Origin: Auanema rhodensis
Lineage: Eukaryota; Animalia; Nematoda
Assembly (NCBI GenBank): GCA_964057225.1
Contig: OZ059900.1
Span: 806,001-870,000, forward strand
Direction of reading: 5' to 3'
Length of the DNA: 64,000 nucleotides
A program made the position numbers and the translations under genes. The notes under the pieces were generated by a model. It did no database searches. It had not been told where the DNA came from and worked only from the letters and a program-made list of their open reading frames with translations. The first letter of the stretch is position 1. The number at the start of each line of letters is the position of its first letter. Below are positions 28,076 through 43,699 of the stretch, in pieces.

Positions 28076-31000
28076 GGTACAAAATCTGTAATACTTGTAA
28101 ATTTTGATCATATTCGTTAAGATTCGAGAATCAAACACATAATACACGAAATAAGTCTATTTTTATGAGTTTGCACTGATATTTATTCATTTTGATCAAA
28201 AAAGGTCGAAAATAGAAAGAATTTTTGAAATTTCCGAGTTTTGAGTCTAATTTGGCTAAATCGCTCATATATATGATCAGAAGCATAGTTTTATTGTCTA
28301 TGACAACAAAAATCATCAACTAAACGCTAGTGATGTTTAAATACTGATTTTCGCTCAAATAGCATTACTACACTAAGTATGGTCGTTTTTATGCCTTTAA
28401 CACCATATACTCACCGATTTTTGGTACAAAATCTGTAATACTCGTAAATTTTGATCATATTCGTTAAGATTTGAGAATCAAACATACAATACAAAAAATC
28501 AGTCTATTTTTATGAGCTTGCACTGATATATATTCATTTTGATCAAAAAAGGTCGAAAATAGAAAGAATTTTTGAAATTTCCGAGTTTTGAGTCTAATTT
28601 GGCTAAATCGCTCATATATATGATCAGAAGCATAGGTGTATTGTCTATGACAACAAAAGTCATTAATTAAACACTAATGATGTTTAAATCACTAAATTTC
28701 GCTCTAATAGCATTACTACACTAAGTATGGTCGTTTTTATGACTTTAACACCATATACTCACCGATTTTTGGTACAAAATCTGTAATACTCGTAAATTTT
28801 GATCATATTCGTTAAGATTTGAGAATCAAACACACAATACACAATATCAGTCTATTTTTATGAGCTTGCACTGATATATATTCATTTTGATCAAAAAGGT
28901 CGAAAATAGAAAGAATTTTTGAAATTTCCGAGTTTTGAGTCCAATTTGGCTAAATCGCTCATATATATGATCAAAAGCATAGTTCTATTGTCTATAACAA
29001 CAAAAGTCTTTAATTAAACGCTAGTGATGTTTTAATACTGAATTTTGCTCAAATAGCATTACTACACTAAGTATGGTCGTTTTTATGCCTTTAACACCAT
29101 ATACTCACCGATTTTTGGTACAAAATCTGTAATACTTGTAAATTTTGATCATATTCGTTAAGATTCGAAAATCAAACACACAATACACGAAATAAGTTTA
29201 TTTTTACAAGTTTGCACTGATATTTATTCATTTTGATCAAAAAAGGTCGAAAATAGAAAGAATTTTTGAAATTTCCGAGTTTTGAGTCTAATTTGGCTAA
29301 ATCGCTCATATATATGATCAGAAGCATAGGTGTATTGTCTATGACAACAAAAGTCATTAATTAAACACTAATGATGTTTAAATCACTAAATTTCGCTCTA
29401 ATAGCATTACTACACTAAGTATGGTCGTTTTTATGACTTTAACACCATATACTCACCGATTTTTGGTACAAAATCTGTAATACTCGTAAATTTTGATCAT
29501 ATTCGTTAAGATTTGAGAATCAAACACACAATATCAGTCTATTTTTATGAGCTTGCACTGATATTTATTCATTTTGATCAAAAAAGGTCGAAAATAGAAA
29601 GAATTTTTGAAATTTCCGAGTTTTGAGTCTAATTTGGCTAAATCGCTCATTTATATGATCAAAAGCATAGTTTTATTGTCTATGACAACAAAAGTCATCA
29701 ATTAAACGCTAGTGATGTTTAAATACTGAATTTCGCTCAAATAGCATTACTACACTAAGTATGGTCGTTTTTATGCCTTTAACACCATATACTCACCGAT
29801 TTTTGGTACAAAATCTGTAATACTCGTAAATTTTGATCATATTCGTTCAGATTTGAGAATCAAACATACAATACACAAAATGAGTCTATTTTTATGAGCT
29901 TGCACTGATATATATTCATTTTGATCAAAAAAGGTCGAAAATAGAAAGAATTTTTGAAATTTCCGAGTTTTGAGTCTAATTTGGCTAAATCGCTCATTTA
30001 TATGATCAGAAGCATAGTTTTATTGTCTATGACAACAAAAGTCATCAATTAAACGCTAGTGATGTTTAAATACTGATTTTCGCTCAAATAGCATTACTAC
30101 ACTAAGTATGGTCGTTTTTATGCCTTTAACACCATACACTCACCGATTTTTGGTACAAAATCTGTAATGCTTGTAAATTTTGATCATATTCGTTAAGATT
30201 CGAGAATCAAACACATAATACACGAAATAAGTCTAGTTTTATGAGTTTGCACTGATATTTATTCATTTTGATCAAAAAAGGTCGAAAATAGAAAGAATTT
30301 TTGAATTTTCCGAGTTTTGAGTCCAATTGGGCTAAATCGCTCATATATATGATCAAAAGCATAGTTTTACTGTCTATGATAACAAAAGTCTTCAAATATA
30401 CACTAATAATGTGTAAATCACTGAATTTCACTCAAATAGCATTACTACACTAAGTATGGTCGTTTTTATGCCTTTAACACCATATACTCACCGATTTTTG
30501 GTACAAAATCTGTAATACTTGTAAATTTTGATCATATTCGTTAAGATTCGAGAATCAAACACATAATACACGAAATAAGTCTATTTTTATGAGTTTGCAC
30601 TGATATTTATTCATTTTGATCAAAAAAGGTCGAAAATAGAAAGAATTTTTGAAATTTCCGAGTTTTGAGTCTAATTTGGCTAAATCGCTCATATATATGA
30701 TCAGAAGCATAGTTTTATTGTCTATGACAACAAAAATCATCAACTAAACGCTAGTGATGTTTAAATACTGATTTTCGCTCAAATAGCATTACTACACTAA
30801 GTATGGTCGTTTTTATGCCTTTAACACCATATACTCACCGATTTTTGGTACAAAATCTGTAATACTCGTAAATTTTGATCATATTCGTTAAGATTTGAGA
30901 ATCAAACATACAATACAAAAAATCAGTCTATTTTTATGAGCTTGCACTGATATATATTCATTTTGATCAAAAAAGGTCGAAAATAGAAAGAATTTTTGAA

Positions 31001-32599
31001 ATTTCCGAGTTTTGAGTCTAATTTGGCTAAATCGCTCATATATATGATCAAAAGCATAGTTTTACTGTCTATGATAACAAAAGTCTTCAAATATACACTA
31101 ATAATGTGTAAATCACTGAATTTCACTCAAATAGCTTTACTACACTAAGTATGGTCGTTTTTATGCCTTTAACACCATATACTCACCGATTTTTGGTACA
31201 AAATCTGTAATACTTGTAAATTTTGATCATATTTGTTAAGATTCGAGAATCAAACACATAATACACGAAATAAGTCTATTTTTACAAGTTTGCACTGATA
31301 TTTATTCATTTTGATCAAAAAAGGTCGAAAATAGAAAGAATTTTTGAAATTTCCGAGTTTTGAGTCCAATTTGGCTAAATCGCTCATATATAAGATCAAA
31401 AGCATAGTTTTATTGTCTATAACAACAAAAGTCATCAATTAAACGCTAGTGATGTTTAAATACTGAATTTCGCTCAAATAGCATTACTATACTAAGTATG
31501 GTCGTTTTTATGCCTTTAACACCATATACTCACCGATTTTTTGTACAAAATCTGTAATACTCGTAAATTTTGATCATATTCGTTAAGATTCGAAAATCAA
31601 ACACACAATACACGAAATAAGTTTATTTTTACAAGTTTGCACTGATATTTATTCATTTTGATCAAAAAAGGCCGAAAATAGAAAGAATTTTTGAAATTTC
31701 CGAGTTTTGAGTCTAATTTGGCTAAATCGCTCATATATATGATCAGAAGCATAGGTGTATTGTCTATGACAACAAAAGTCATTAATTAAACACTAATGAT
31801 GTTTAAATCACTAAATTTCGCTCTAATAGCATTACTACACTAAGTATGGTCGTTTTTATGACTTTAACACCATATACTCACCGATTTTTGGTACAAAATC
31901 TGTAATACTCGTAAATTTTGATCATATTCGTTAAGATTTGAGAATCAAACACACAATACACAATATCAGTCTATTTTTATGAGCTTGCACTGATATATAT
32001 TCATTTTGATCAAAAAGGTCGAAAATAGAAAGAATTTTTGAAATTTCCGAGTTTTGAGTCCAATTTGGCTAAATCGCTCATATATATGATCAGAAGCATA
32101 GGTGTATTGTCTATGACAACAAAAGTCATTAATTAAACACTAATGATGTTTAAATCACTAAATTTCGCTCTAATAGCATTACTACACTAAGTATGGTCGT
32201 TTTTATGACTTTAACACCATATACTCACCGATGTTTGGTACAAAATCTGTAATACTCGTAAATTTTGATCATATTCGTTAAGATTTGAGAATCAAACACA
32301 CAATACACAATATCAGTCTATTTTTATGAGCTTGCACTGATATTTATTCATTTTGATCAAAAAAGGTCGAAAATAGAAAGAATTTTTGAAATTTCCGAGT
32401 TTTGAGTCTAATTTGGCTAAATCGCTCATTTATATGATCAAAAGCATAGTTTTATTGTCTATGACAACAAAAGTCATCAATTAAACGCTAGTGATGTTTA
32501 AATACTGAATTTCGCTCAAATAGCATTACTACACTAAGTATGGTCGTTTTTATGCCTTTAACACCATATACTCACCGATTTTTGGTACAAAATCTGTAA

Positions 32600-33950
32600 T
32601 ACTTGTAAATTTTGATCATATTCGTTAAGATTCGAAAATCAAACACACAATACACGAAATAAGTTTATTTTTACAAGTTTGCACTGATATTTATTCATTT
32701 TGATCAAAAAAGGTCGAAAATAGAAAGAATTTTTGAAATTTCCGAGTTTTGAGTCAAATTTGGCTAAATCGCTCATATATATGATCAGAAGCATAGGTGT
32801 ATTGTCTATGACAACAAAAGTCATTAATTAAACACTAATGATGTTTAAATCACTAAATTTCGCTCTAATAGCATTACTACACTAAGTATGGTCGTTTTTA
32901 TGCCTTTAACACCATATACTCACCGATTTTTGGTACAAAATCTGTAATACTTGTAAATTTTGATCATATTCGTTAAGATTCGAGAATCAAACACGTAATA
33001 CACGAAATAAGTCTATTTTTATGAGTTTGCACTGATATTTATTCATTTTGATCAAAAAAGGTCGAAAATAGAAAGAATTTTTGAAATTTCCGAGTTTTGA
33101 GTCTAATTTGGCTAAATCGCTCATATATATGATCAGAAGCATAGTTTTATTGTCTATGACAACAAAAATCATCAATTAAACGCTAGTGATGTTTAAATAC
33201 TGAATTTCGCTCAAATAGCATTACTACACTAAGTATGGTCGTTTTTATGCCTTTAACACCATATACTCACCGATTTTTGGTACAAAATCTGTAATACTTG
33301 TAAATTTTGATCATATTCGTTAAGATTCGAAAATCAAACACACAATACACGAAATAAGTTTATTTTTACAAGTTTGCACTGATATTTATTCATTTTGATC
33401 AAAAAAGGTCGAAAATAGAAAGAATTTTTGAAATTTCCGAGTTTTGAGTCAAATTTGGCTAAATCGCTCATATATATGATCAGAAGCATAGGTGTATTGT
33501 CTATGACAACAAAAGTCATTAATTAAACACTAATGATGTTTAAATCACTAAATTTCGCTCTAATAGCATTACTACACTAAGTATGGTCGTTTTTATGCCT
33601 TTAACACCATATACTCACCGATTTTTGGTACAAAATCTGTAATACTTGTAAATTTTGATCATATTCGTTAAGATTCGAGAATCAAACACGTAATACACGA
33701 AATAAGTCTATTTTTATGAGTTTGCACTGATATTTATTCATTTTGATCAAAAAAGGTCGAAAATAGAAAGAATTTTTGAAATTTCCGAGTTTTGAGTCTA
33801 ATTTGGCTAAATCGCTCATATATATGATCAGAAGCATAGTTTTATTGTCTATGACAACAAAAATCATCAATTAAACGCTAGTGATGTTTAAATACTGATT
33901 TTCGCTCAAATAGCATTACTACACTAAGTATGGTCGTTTTTATGCCTTTA
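32600..33950. repeat. Local 2-mer duplication (695 bp)
   Basis: ORFs 32639/33334 and 32987/33682. Both copies carry the private allele CACGTAAT together with GAGTCAAATT. Confidence 0.88.
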
Positions 33951-34699
33951 ACACCATATACTCACCGATTTTTGGTACAAAATCTGTAATACTCGTAAAT
34001 TTTGATCATATTCGTTAAGATTTGAGAATCAAACATACAATACAAAAAATCAGTCTATTTTTATGAGCTTGCACTGATATATATTCATTTTGATCAAAAA
34101 AGGTCGAAAATAGAAAGAATTTTTGAAATTTCCGAGTTTTGAGTCTAATTTGGCTAAATCGCTCATATATATGATCAAAAGCATAGTTTTACTGTCTATG
34201 ATAACAAAAGTCTTCAAATATACACTAATAATGATTAAATCACTGAATTTCAGTCAAATAGCATTACTACACTAAGTATGGTCGTTTTTATGCCTTTAAC
34301 ACCATATACTCACCGATTTTTGGTACAAAATCTGTAATACTCGTAAATTTTGATCATATTCGTTAAGATTTGAGAATCAAACATACAATACACAAAATCA
34401 GTCTATTTTTATGAGCTTGCACTGATATATATTCATTTTGATCAAAAAAGGTCGAAAATAGAAAGAATTTTTGAAATTTCCGAGTTTTGAGTCCAATTTG
34501 GCTAAAACGCTCATATATAAGATCAAAAGCATAGTTTTATTGTCTATAACAACAAAAGTCATCAATTAAACGCTAGTGATGTTTAAATACTGAATTTCGC
34601 TCAAATAGCATTACTACACTAAGTATGGTCGTTTTTATGCCTTTAACACCATATACTCACCGATTTTTTGTACAAAATCTGTAATACTCGTAAAATTTG

Positions 34700-37600
34700 A
34701 TCATATTCGTTAAGATTTGAGAATCAAACAAACAATACACAAAATCAGTCTATTTTTATGAGTTTGCACTGATATTTATTCATTTTGATCAAAAAAGGTC
34801 GAAAATAGAAAGAATTTTTGAAATTTCCGAGTTTTGAGTCTAATTTGGCTAATTCGCTCATATATATGATCACAAGCATAGTTTTATTGTCTATGACAAC
34901 AAAAATCATCAATTAAACGCTAGTGATGTTTAAATACTGATTTTCGCTCAAATAGCATTACTACACTAAGTATGGTCGTTTTTATGCCTTTAACACCATA
35001 TACTCACCGATTTTTGGTACAAAATCTGTAATACTCGTAAATTTTGATCATATTCGTTAAGATTTGAGAATCAAACATACGATACACAAAATCAGTCTAT
35101 TTTTATGAGCTTGCACTGATATATATTCATTTTGATCAAAAAAGGTCGAAAATAGAAAGAATTTTTGAAATTTCCGAGTTTTGAGTCTAATTTGGCTAAA
35201 TCGCTCATATATATGATAAAAAGCATAGTTTTACTGTCTATGATAACAAAAGTCTTCAAATATACACTAATAATGATTAAATCACTGAATTTCAGTCAAA
35301 TAGCATTACTACACTAAGTATGGTCGTTTTTATGCCTTTAACACCATATACTCACCGATTTTTGGTACAAAATCTGTAATACTTGTAAATTTTGATCATA
35401 TTTGTTAAGATTCGAGAATCAAACACATAATACACGAAATAAGTCTATTTTTACAAGTTTGCACTGATATTTATTCATTTTGATCAAAAAAGGTCGAAAA
35501 TAGAAAGAATTTTTGAAATTTCCGAGTTTTGAGTCCAATTTGGCTAAATCGCTCATATATAAGATCAAAAGCATAGTTTTATTGTCTATAACAACAAAAG
35601 TCATCAATTAAACGCTAGTGATGTTTAAATACTGAATTTCGCTCAAATAGCATTACTACACTAAGTATGGTCGTTTTTATGTTTTTAACACCATATACTC
35701 ACCAATTTTTGGTACAAAATCTGTAATACTTGTAAATTTTGATCATATTTGTTAAGATTCGAGAATCAAACACATAATACACGGAATAAGTCTATTTTTA
35801 CAAGTTTGCACTGATATTTATTCATTTGATCAAAAAAGGTCGAAAATAGAAAGAATTTTTGAAATTTCCGAGTTTTGAGTCCAATTTGGCTAAATCGCTC
35901 ATATATATGATCAGAAGCATAGTTTTATTGTCTATGACAACAAAAATCATCAATTAAACGCTAGTGATGTTTAAATACTGATTTTCGCTCAAATAGCATT
36001 ACTACACTAAGTATGGTCGTTTTTATGCCTTTAACACCATATACTCACCGATTTTTGGTACAAAATCTGTAATACTCGTAAATTTTGATCATATTCGTTA
36101 AGATTTGAGAATCAAACATACAATACAAAAAATCAGTCTATTTTTATGAGCTTGCACTGATATATATTCATTTTGATCAAAAAAGGTCGAAAATAGAAAG
36201 AATTTTTGAAATTTCCGAGTTTTGAGTCTAATTTGGCTAAATCGCTCATATATATGATCAAAAGCATAGGTGTATTGTCTATGACAACAAAAGTCATTAA
36301 TTAAACACTAATGATGTTTAAATCACTAAATTTCGCTCTAATAGCATTACTACACTAAGTATGGTCGTTTTTATGACTTTAACACCATATACTCACCGAT
36401 TTTTGGTACAAAATCTGTAATACTTGTAAATTTTGATCATATTTGTTAAGATTCGAGAATCAAACACATAATACACGAAATAAGTCTATTTTTACAAGTT
36501 TGCACTGATATTTATTCATTTTGATCAAAAAAGGTCGAAAATAGAAAGAATTTTTGAAATTTCCGAGTTTTGAGTCCAATTTGGCTAAATCGCTCATATA
36601 TATGATCAAAAGCATAGTTTTACTGTCTATGATAACAAAAGTCTTCAAATATACACTAATAATGATTAAATCACTGAATTTCAGTCAAATAGCATTACTA
36701 CACTAAGTATGGTCGTTTTTATGAATTTAACACCATATACTCACCGATTTTTGGTACAAAATCTGTAATACTTGTAAATTTTGATCATATTTGTTAAGAT
36801 TCGAGAATCAAACACATAATACACGAAATAAGTCTATTTTTACAAGTTTGCACTGATATTTATTCATTTTGATCAAAAAAGGTCGAAAATAGAAAGAATT
36901 TTTGAAATTTCCGAGTTTTGAGTCTAATTTGGCTAAATCGCTCATATATATGATCAGAAGCATAGTTTTATTGTCGATGACAACAAAAATCATCAATTAA
37001 ACGCTAGTGATGTTTAAATACTGATTTTCGCTCAAATAGCATTACTACACTAAGTATGGTCGTTTTTATGCCTTTAACACCATATACTCACCGATTTTTG
37101 GTACAAAATCTGTAATACTCGTAAATTTTGATCATATTCGTTAAGATTTGAGAATCAAACATACAATACAAAAAATCAGTCTATTTTTATGAGCTTGCAC
37201 TGATATATATTCATTTTGATCAAAAAAGGTCGAAAATAGAAAGAATTTTTGAAATTTCCGAGTTTTGAGTCTAGTTTGGCTAAATCGCTCATATATATGA
37301 TCAAAAGCATAGTTTTACTGTCTATGATAACAAAAGTCTTCAAATATACACTAATAATGATTAAATCACTGAATTTCAGTCAAATAGCATTACTACACTA
37401 AGTATGGTCGTTTTTATGCCTTTAACACCATATACTCACCGATTTTTTGTACAAAATCTGTAATACTCGTAAATTTTGATCATATTCGTTAAGATTTGAG
37501 AATCAAACATACAATACACAAAATCAGTCTATTTTTATGAGCTTGCACTGATATATATTCATTTTGATCAAAAAAGGTCGAAAATAGAAAGAATTTTTGA

Positions 37601-40600
37601 AATTTCCGAGTTTTGAGTCTAATTTGGCTAAATCGCTCATATATATGATCAGAAGCATAGTTTTATTGTCTATGACAACAAAAGTCATCAATTAAACGCT
37701 AGTGATGTTTAAATACTGATTTTCGCTCAAATAGCATTACTACACTAAGTATGGTCGTTTTTATGCCTTTAACACCATATACTCACCGATTTTTGGTACA
37801 AAATCTGTAATACTTGTAAATTTTGATCATATTTGTTAAGATTCGAGAATCAAACACATAATACACGAAATAAGTCTATTTTTACAAGTTTGCACTGATA
37901 TTTATTCATTTTGATCAAAAAAGGTCGAAAATAGAAAGAATTTTTGAAATTTCCGAGTTTTGAGTCTAATTTGGCTAAATCGCTCATATATATGATCAGA
38001 AGCATAGTTTTATTGTCGATGACAACAAAAATCATCAATTAAACGCTAGTGATGTTTAAATACTGATTTTCGCTCAAATAGCATTACTACACTAAGTATG
38101 GTCGTTTTTATGCCTTTAACACCATATACTCACCGATTTTTGGTACAAAATCTGTAATACTCGTAAATTTTGATCATATTCGTTAAGATTTGAGAATCAA
38201 ACATACAATACAAAAAATCAGTCTATTTTTATGAGCTTGCACTGATATATATTCATTTTGATCAAAAAAGGTCGAAAATAGAAAGAATTTTTGAAATTTC
38301 CGAGTTTTGAGTCTAGTTTGGCTAAATCGCTCATATATATGATCAAAAGCATAGTTTTACTGTCTATGATAACAAAAGTCTTCAAATATACACTAATAAT
38401 GATTAAATCACTGAATTTCAGTCAAATAGCATTACTACACTAAGTATGGTCGTTTTTATGCCTTTAACACCATATACTCACCGATTTTTTGTACAAAATC
38501 TGTAATACTCGTAAATTTTGATCATATTCGTTAAGATTTGAGAATCAAACATACAATACACAAAATCAGTCTATTTTTATGAGCTTGCACTGATATATAT
38601 TCATTTTGATCAAAAAAGGTCGAAAATAGAAAGAATTTTTGAAATTTCCGAGTTTTGAGTCTAATTTGGCTAAATCGCTCATATATATGATCAGAAGCAT
38701 AGTTTTATTGTCTATGACAACAAAAGTCATCAATTAAACGCTAGTGATGTTTAAATACTGATTTTCGCTCAAATAGCATTACTACACTAAGTATGGTCGT
38801 TTTTATGCCTTTAACACCATATACTCACCGATTTTTGGTACAAAATCTGTAATACTCGTAAATTTTGATCATATTCGTTAAGATTTGAGAATCAAACAAA
38901 CAATACACAAAATCAGTCTATTTTTATGAGTTTGCACTGATATTTATTCATTTTGATCAAAAAAGGTCGAAAATAGAAAGAATTTTTGAAATTTCCGAGT
39001 TTTGAGTCTAATTTGGCTAATTCGCTCATATATATGATCACAAGCATAGTTTTATTGTCTATGACAACAAAAATCATCAATTAAACGCTAGTGATGTTTA
39101 AATACTGATTTTCGCTCAAATAGCATTACTACACTAAGTATGGTCGTTTTTATGCCTTTAACACCATATACTCACCGATTTTTGGTACAAAATCTGTAAT
39201 ACTCGTAAATTTTGATCATATTCGTTAAGATTTGAGAATCAAACATACGATACACAAAATCAGTCTATTTTTATGAGCTTGCACTGATATATATTCATTT
39301 TGATCAAAAAAGGTCGAAAATAGAAAGAATTTTTGAAATTTCCGAGTTTTGAGTCTAATTTGGCTAAATCGCTCATATATATGATAAAAAGCATAGTTTT
39401 ACTGTCTATGATAACAAAAGTCTTCAAATATACACTAATAATGATTAAATCACTGAATTTCAGTCAAATAGCATTACTACACTAAGTATGGTCGTTTTTA
39501 TGCCTTTAACACCATATACTCACCGATTTTTGGTACAAAATCTGTAATACTTGTAAATTTTGATCATATTTGTTAAGATTCGAGAATCAAACACATAATA
39601 CACGAAATAAGTCTATTTTTACAAGTTTGCACTGATATTTATTCATTTTGATCAAAAAAGGTCGAAAATAGAAAGAATTTTTGAAATTTCCGAGTTTTGA
39701 GTCCAATTTGGCTAAATCGCTCATATATAAGATCAAAAGCATAGTTTTATTGTCTATAACAACAAAAGTCATCAATTAAACGCTAGTGATGTTTAAATAC
39801 TGAATTTCGCTCAAATAGCATTACTACACTAAGTATGGTCGTTTTTATGTTTTTAACACCATATACTCACCAATTTTTGGTACAAAATCTGTAATACTTG
39901 TAAATTTTGATCATATTTGTTAAGATTCGAGAATCAAACACATAATACACGGAATAAGTCTATTTTTACAAGTTTGCACTGATATTTATTCATTTGATCA
40001 AAAAAGGTCGAAAATAGAAAGAATTTTTGAAATTTCCGAGTTTTGAGTCCAATTTGGCTAAATCGCTCATATATATGATCAGAAGCATAGTTTTATTGTC
40101 TATGACAACAAAAATCATCAATTAAACGCTAGTGATGTTTAAATACTGATTTTCGCTCAAATAGCATTACTACACTAAGTATGGTCGTTTTTATGCCTTT
40201 AACACCATATACTCACCGATTTTTGGTACAAAATCTGTAATACTCGTAAATTTTGATCATATTCGTTAAGATTTGAGAATCAAACATACAATACAAAAAA
40301 TCAGTCTATTTTTATGAGCTTGCACTGATATATATTCATTTTGATCAAAAAAGGTCGAAAATAGAAAGAATTTTTGAAATTTCCGAGTTTTGAGTCTAAT
40401 TTGGCTAAATCGCTCATATATATGATAAAAAGCATAGTTTTACTGTCTATGATAACAAAAGTCTTCAAATATACACTAATAATGATTAAATCACTGAATT
40501 TCAGTCAAATAGCATTACTACACTAAGTATGGTCGTTTTTATGCCTTTAACACCATATACTCACCGATTTTTGGTACAAAATCTGTAATACTTGTAAATT

Positions 40601-43000
40601 TTGATCATATTTGTTAAGATTCGAGAATCAAACACATAATACACGAAATAAGTCTATTTTTACAAGTTTGCACTGATATTTATTCATTTTGATCAAAAAA
40701 GGTCGAAAATAGAAAGAATTTTTGAAATTTCCGAGTTTTGAGTCCAATTTGGCTAAATCGCTCATATATAAGATCAAAAGCATAGTTTTATTGTCTATAA
40801 CAACAAAAGTCATCAATTAAACGCTAGTGATGTTTAAATACTGAATTTCGCTCAAATAGCATTACTACACTAAGTATGGTCGTTTTTATGTTTTTAACAC
40901 CATATACTCACCAATTTTTGGTACAAAATCTGTAATACTTGTAAATTTTGATCATATTTGTTAAGATTCGAGAATCAAACACATAATACACGGAATAAGT
41001 CTATTTTTACAAGTTTGCACTGATATTTATTCATTTGATCAAAAAAGGTCGAAAATAGAAAGAATTTTTGAAATTTCCGAGTTTTGAGTCCAATTTGGCT
41101 AAATCGCTCATATATATGATCAGAAGCATAGTTTTATTGTCTATGACAACAAAAATCATCAATTAAACGCTAGTGATGTTTAAATACTGATTTTCGCTCA
41201 AATAGCATTACTACACTAAGTATGGTCGTTTTTATGCCTTTAACACCATATACTCACCGATTTTTGGTACAAAATCTGTAATACTCGTAAATTTTGATCA
41301 TATTCGTTAAGATTTGAGAATCAAACATACAATACAAAAAATCAGTCTATTTTTATGAGCTTGCACTGATATATATTCATTTTGATCAAAAAAGGTCGAA
41401 AATAGAAAGAATTTTTGAAATTTCCGAGTTTTGAGTCTAATTTGGCTAAATCGCTCATATATATGATCAAAAGCATAGGTGTATTGTCTATGACAACAAA
41501 AGTCATTAATTAAACACTAATGATGTTTAAATCACTAAATTTCGCTCTAATAGCATTACTACACTAAGTATGGTCGTTTTTATGACTTTAACACCATATA
41601 CTCACCGATTTTTGGTACAAAATCTGTAATACTTGTAAATTTTGATCATATTTGTTAAGATTCGAGAATCAAACACATAATACACGAAATAAGTCTATTT
41701 TTACAAGTTTGCACTGATATTTATTCATTTTGATCAAAAAAGGTCGAAAATAGAAAGAATTTTTGAAATTTCCGAGTTTTGAGTCCAATTTGGCTAAATC
41801 GCTCATATATATGATCAAAAGCATAGTTTTACTGTCTATGATAACAAAAGTCTTCAAATATACACTAATAATGATTAAATCACTGAATTTCAGTCAAATA
41901 GCATTACTACACTAAGTATGGTCGTTTTTATGAATTTAACACCATATACTCACCGATTTTTGGTACAAAATCTGTAATACTTGTAAATTTTGATCATATT
42001 TGTTAAGATTCGAGAATCAAACACATAATACACGAAATAAGTCTATTTTTACAAGTTTGCACTGATATTTATTCATTTTGATCAAAAAAGGTCGAAAATA
42101 GAAAGAATTTTTGAAATTTCCGAGTTTTGAGTCTAATTTGGCTAAATCGCTCATATATATGATCAGAAGCATAGTTTTATTGTCGATGACAACAAAAATC
42201 ATCAATTAAATGCTAGTGATGTTTAAATACTGATTTTCGCTCAAATAGCATTACTACACTAAGTATGGTCGTTTTTATGCCTTTAACACCATATACTCAC
42301 CGATTTTTGGTACAAAATCTGTAATACTCGTAAATTTTGATCATATTCGTTAAGATTTGAGAATCAAACATACAATACAAAAAATCAGTCTATTTTTATG
42401 AGCTTGCACTGATATATATTCATTTTAATCAAAAAAGGTCGAAAATAGAAAGAATTTTTGAAATTTCCGAGTTTTGAGTCTAGTTTGGCTAAATCGCTCA
42501 TATATATGATCAAAAGCATAGTTTTACTGTCTATGATAACAAAAGTCTTCAAATATACACTAATAATGATTAAATCACTGAATTTCAGTCAAATAGCATT
42601 ACTACACTAAGTATGGTCGTTTTTATGCCTTTAACACCATATACTCACCGATTTTTTGTACAAAATCTGTAATACTCGTAAATTTTGATCATATTCGTTA
42701 AGATTTGAGAATCAAACATACAATACACAAAATCAGTCTATTTTTATGAGCTTGCACTGATATATATTCATTTTGATCAAAAAAGGTCGAAAATAGAAAG
42801 AATTTTTGAAATTTCCGAGTTTTGAGTCTAATTTGGCTAAATCGCTCATATATATGATCAGAAGCATAGTTTTATTGTCTATGACAACAAAAGTCATCAA
42901 TTAAACGCTAGTGATGTTTAAATACTGATTTTCGCTCAAATAGCATTACTACACTAAGTATGGTCGTTTTTATGCCTTTAACACCATATACTCACCGATT
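34700..43000. repeat. Domain of nested 3-, 12- and 15-mer duplications (1041/1042, 4168 and 5209 bp)
   Basis: The marker ATGTTTTTAAC...ACCAATT plus a 1-bp deletion (TCATTTGAT) occurs in monomers at ~35680, ~39850 and ~40890. ATGAATTT occurs at ~36721 and ~41930. ORFs 36460>41669 and 36808>42017 are +5209; 36808>37850 is +1042. Confidence 0.85.
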
Positions 43001-43699
43001 TTTGGTACAAAATCTGTAATACTCGTAAATTTTGATCATATTCGTTAAGATTTGAAAATCAAACACATAATACACGAAATAAGTCTATTTTTATGAGTTT
43101 ACACTGATATTTATTCATTTTGATCAAAAAAGGTCGAAAATAGAAAGAATTTTTGAAATTTCCGAGTTTTGAGTCTAATTTGGCTAATTCGCTCATATAT
43201 ATGATCACAAGCATAGTTTTATTGTCTATGACAACAAAAATCATCAATTAAACGCTAGTGATGTTTAAATACTGATTTTCGCTCAAATAGCATTACTACA
43301 CTAAGTATGGTCGTTTTTATGCCTTTAACACCATATACTCACCGATTTTTGGTACAAAATCTGTAATACTTGTAAATTTTGATCATATTTGTTAAGATTT
43401 GAAAATCAAACACATAATACACGAAATAAGTCTATTTTTATGAGTTTGCACTGATATTTATTCATTTTGATCAAAAAAGGTCGAAAATAGAAAGAATTTT
43501 TGAAGTTTCCGAGTTTTGAGTCCAATTTGGCTAATTCGCTCATATATAAGATCAAAAGCATAGTTTTATTGTCTATGATAACAAAAGTCTTCAAATATAC
43601 ACTAATAATGATTAAATCACTGAATTTCAGTCAAATAGCATTACTACACTAAGTATGGTCGTTTTTATGCCTTTAACACCATATACTCACCGATTTTTG

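Larger units (their letters stand above)
16800..32600. repeat. Second copy of a ~16-kb (45-47 monomer) tandem segmental duplication; first copy ~1-16.5 kb
   Basis: Rare monomer variants recur in the same order: 5844>21810, 6191>22157, 6538>22504, 6805>22771, 7255>23221 (+15966); 9667>25981, 10361>26675, 11396>27710 (+16314); 14167>30207 (+16040). The private SNP CCGATGTTTGG is at 15845 and 32233 (+16388). Confidence 0.9.
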
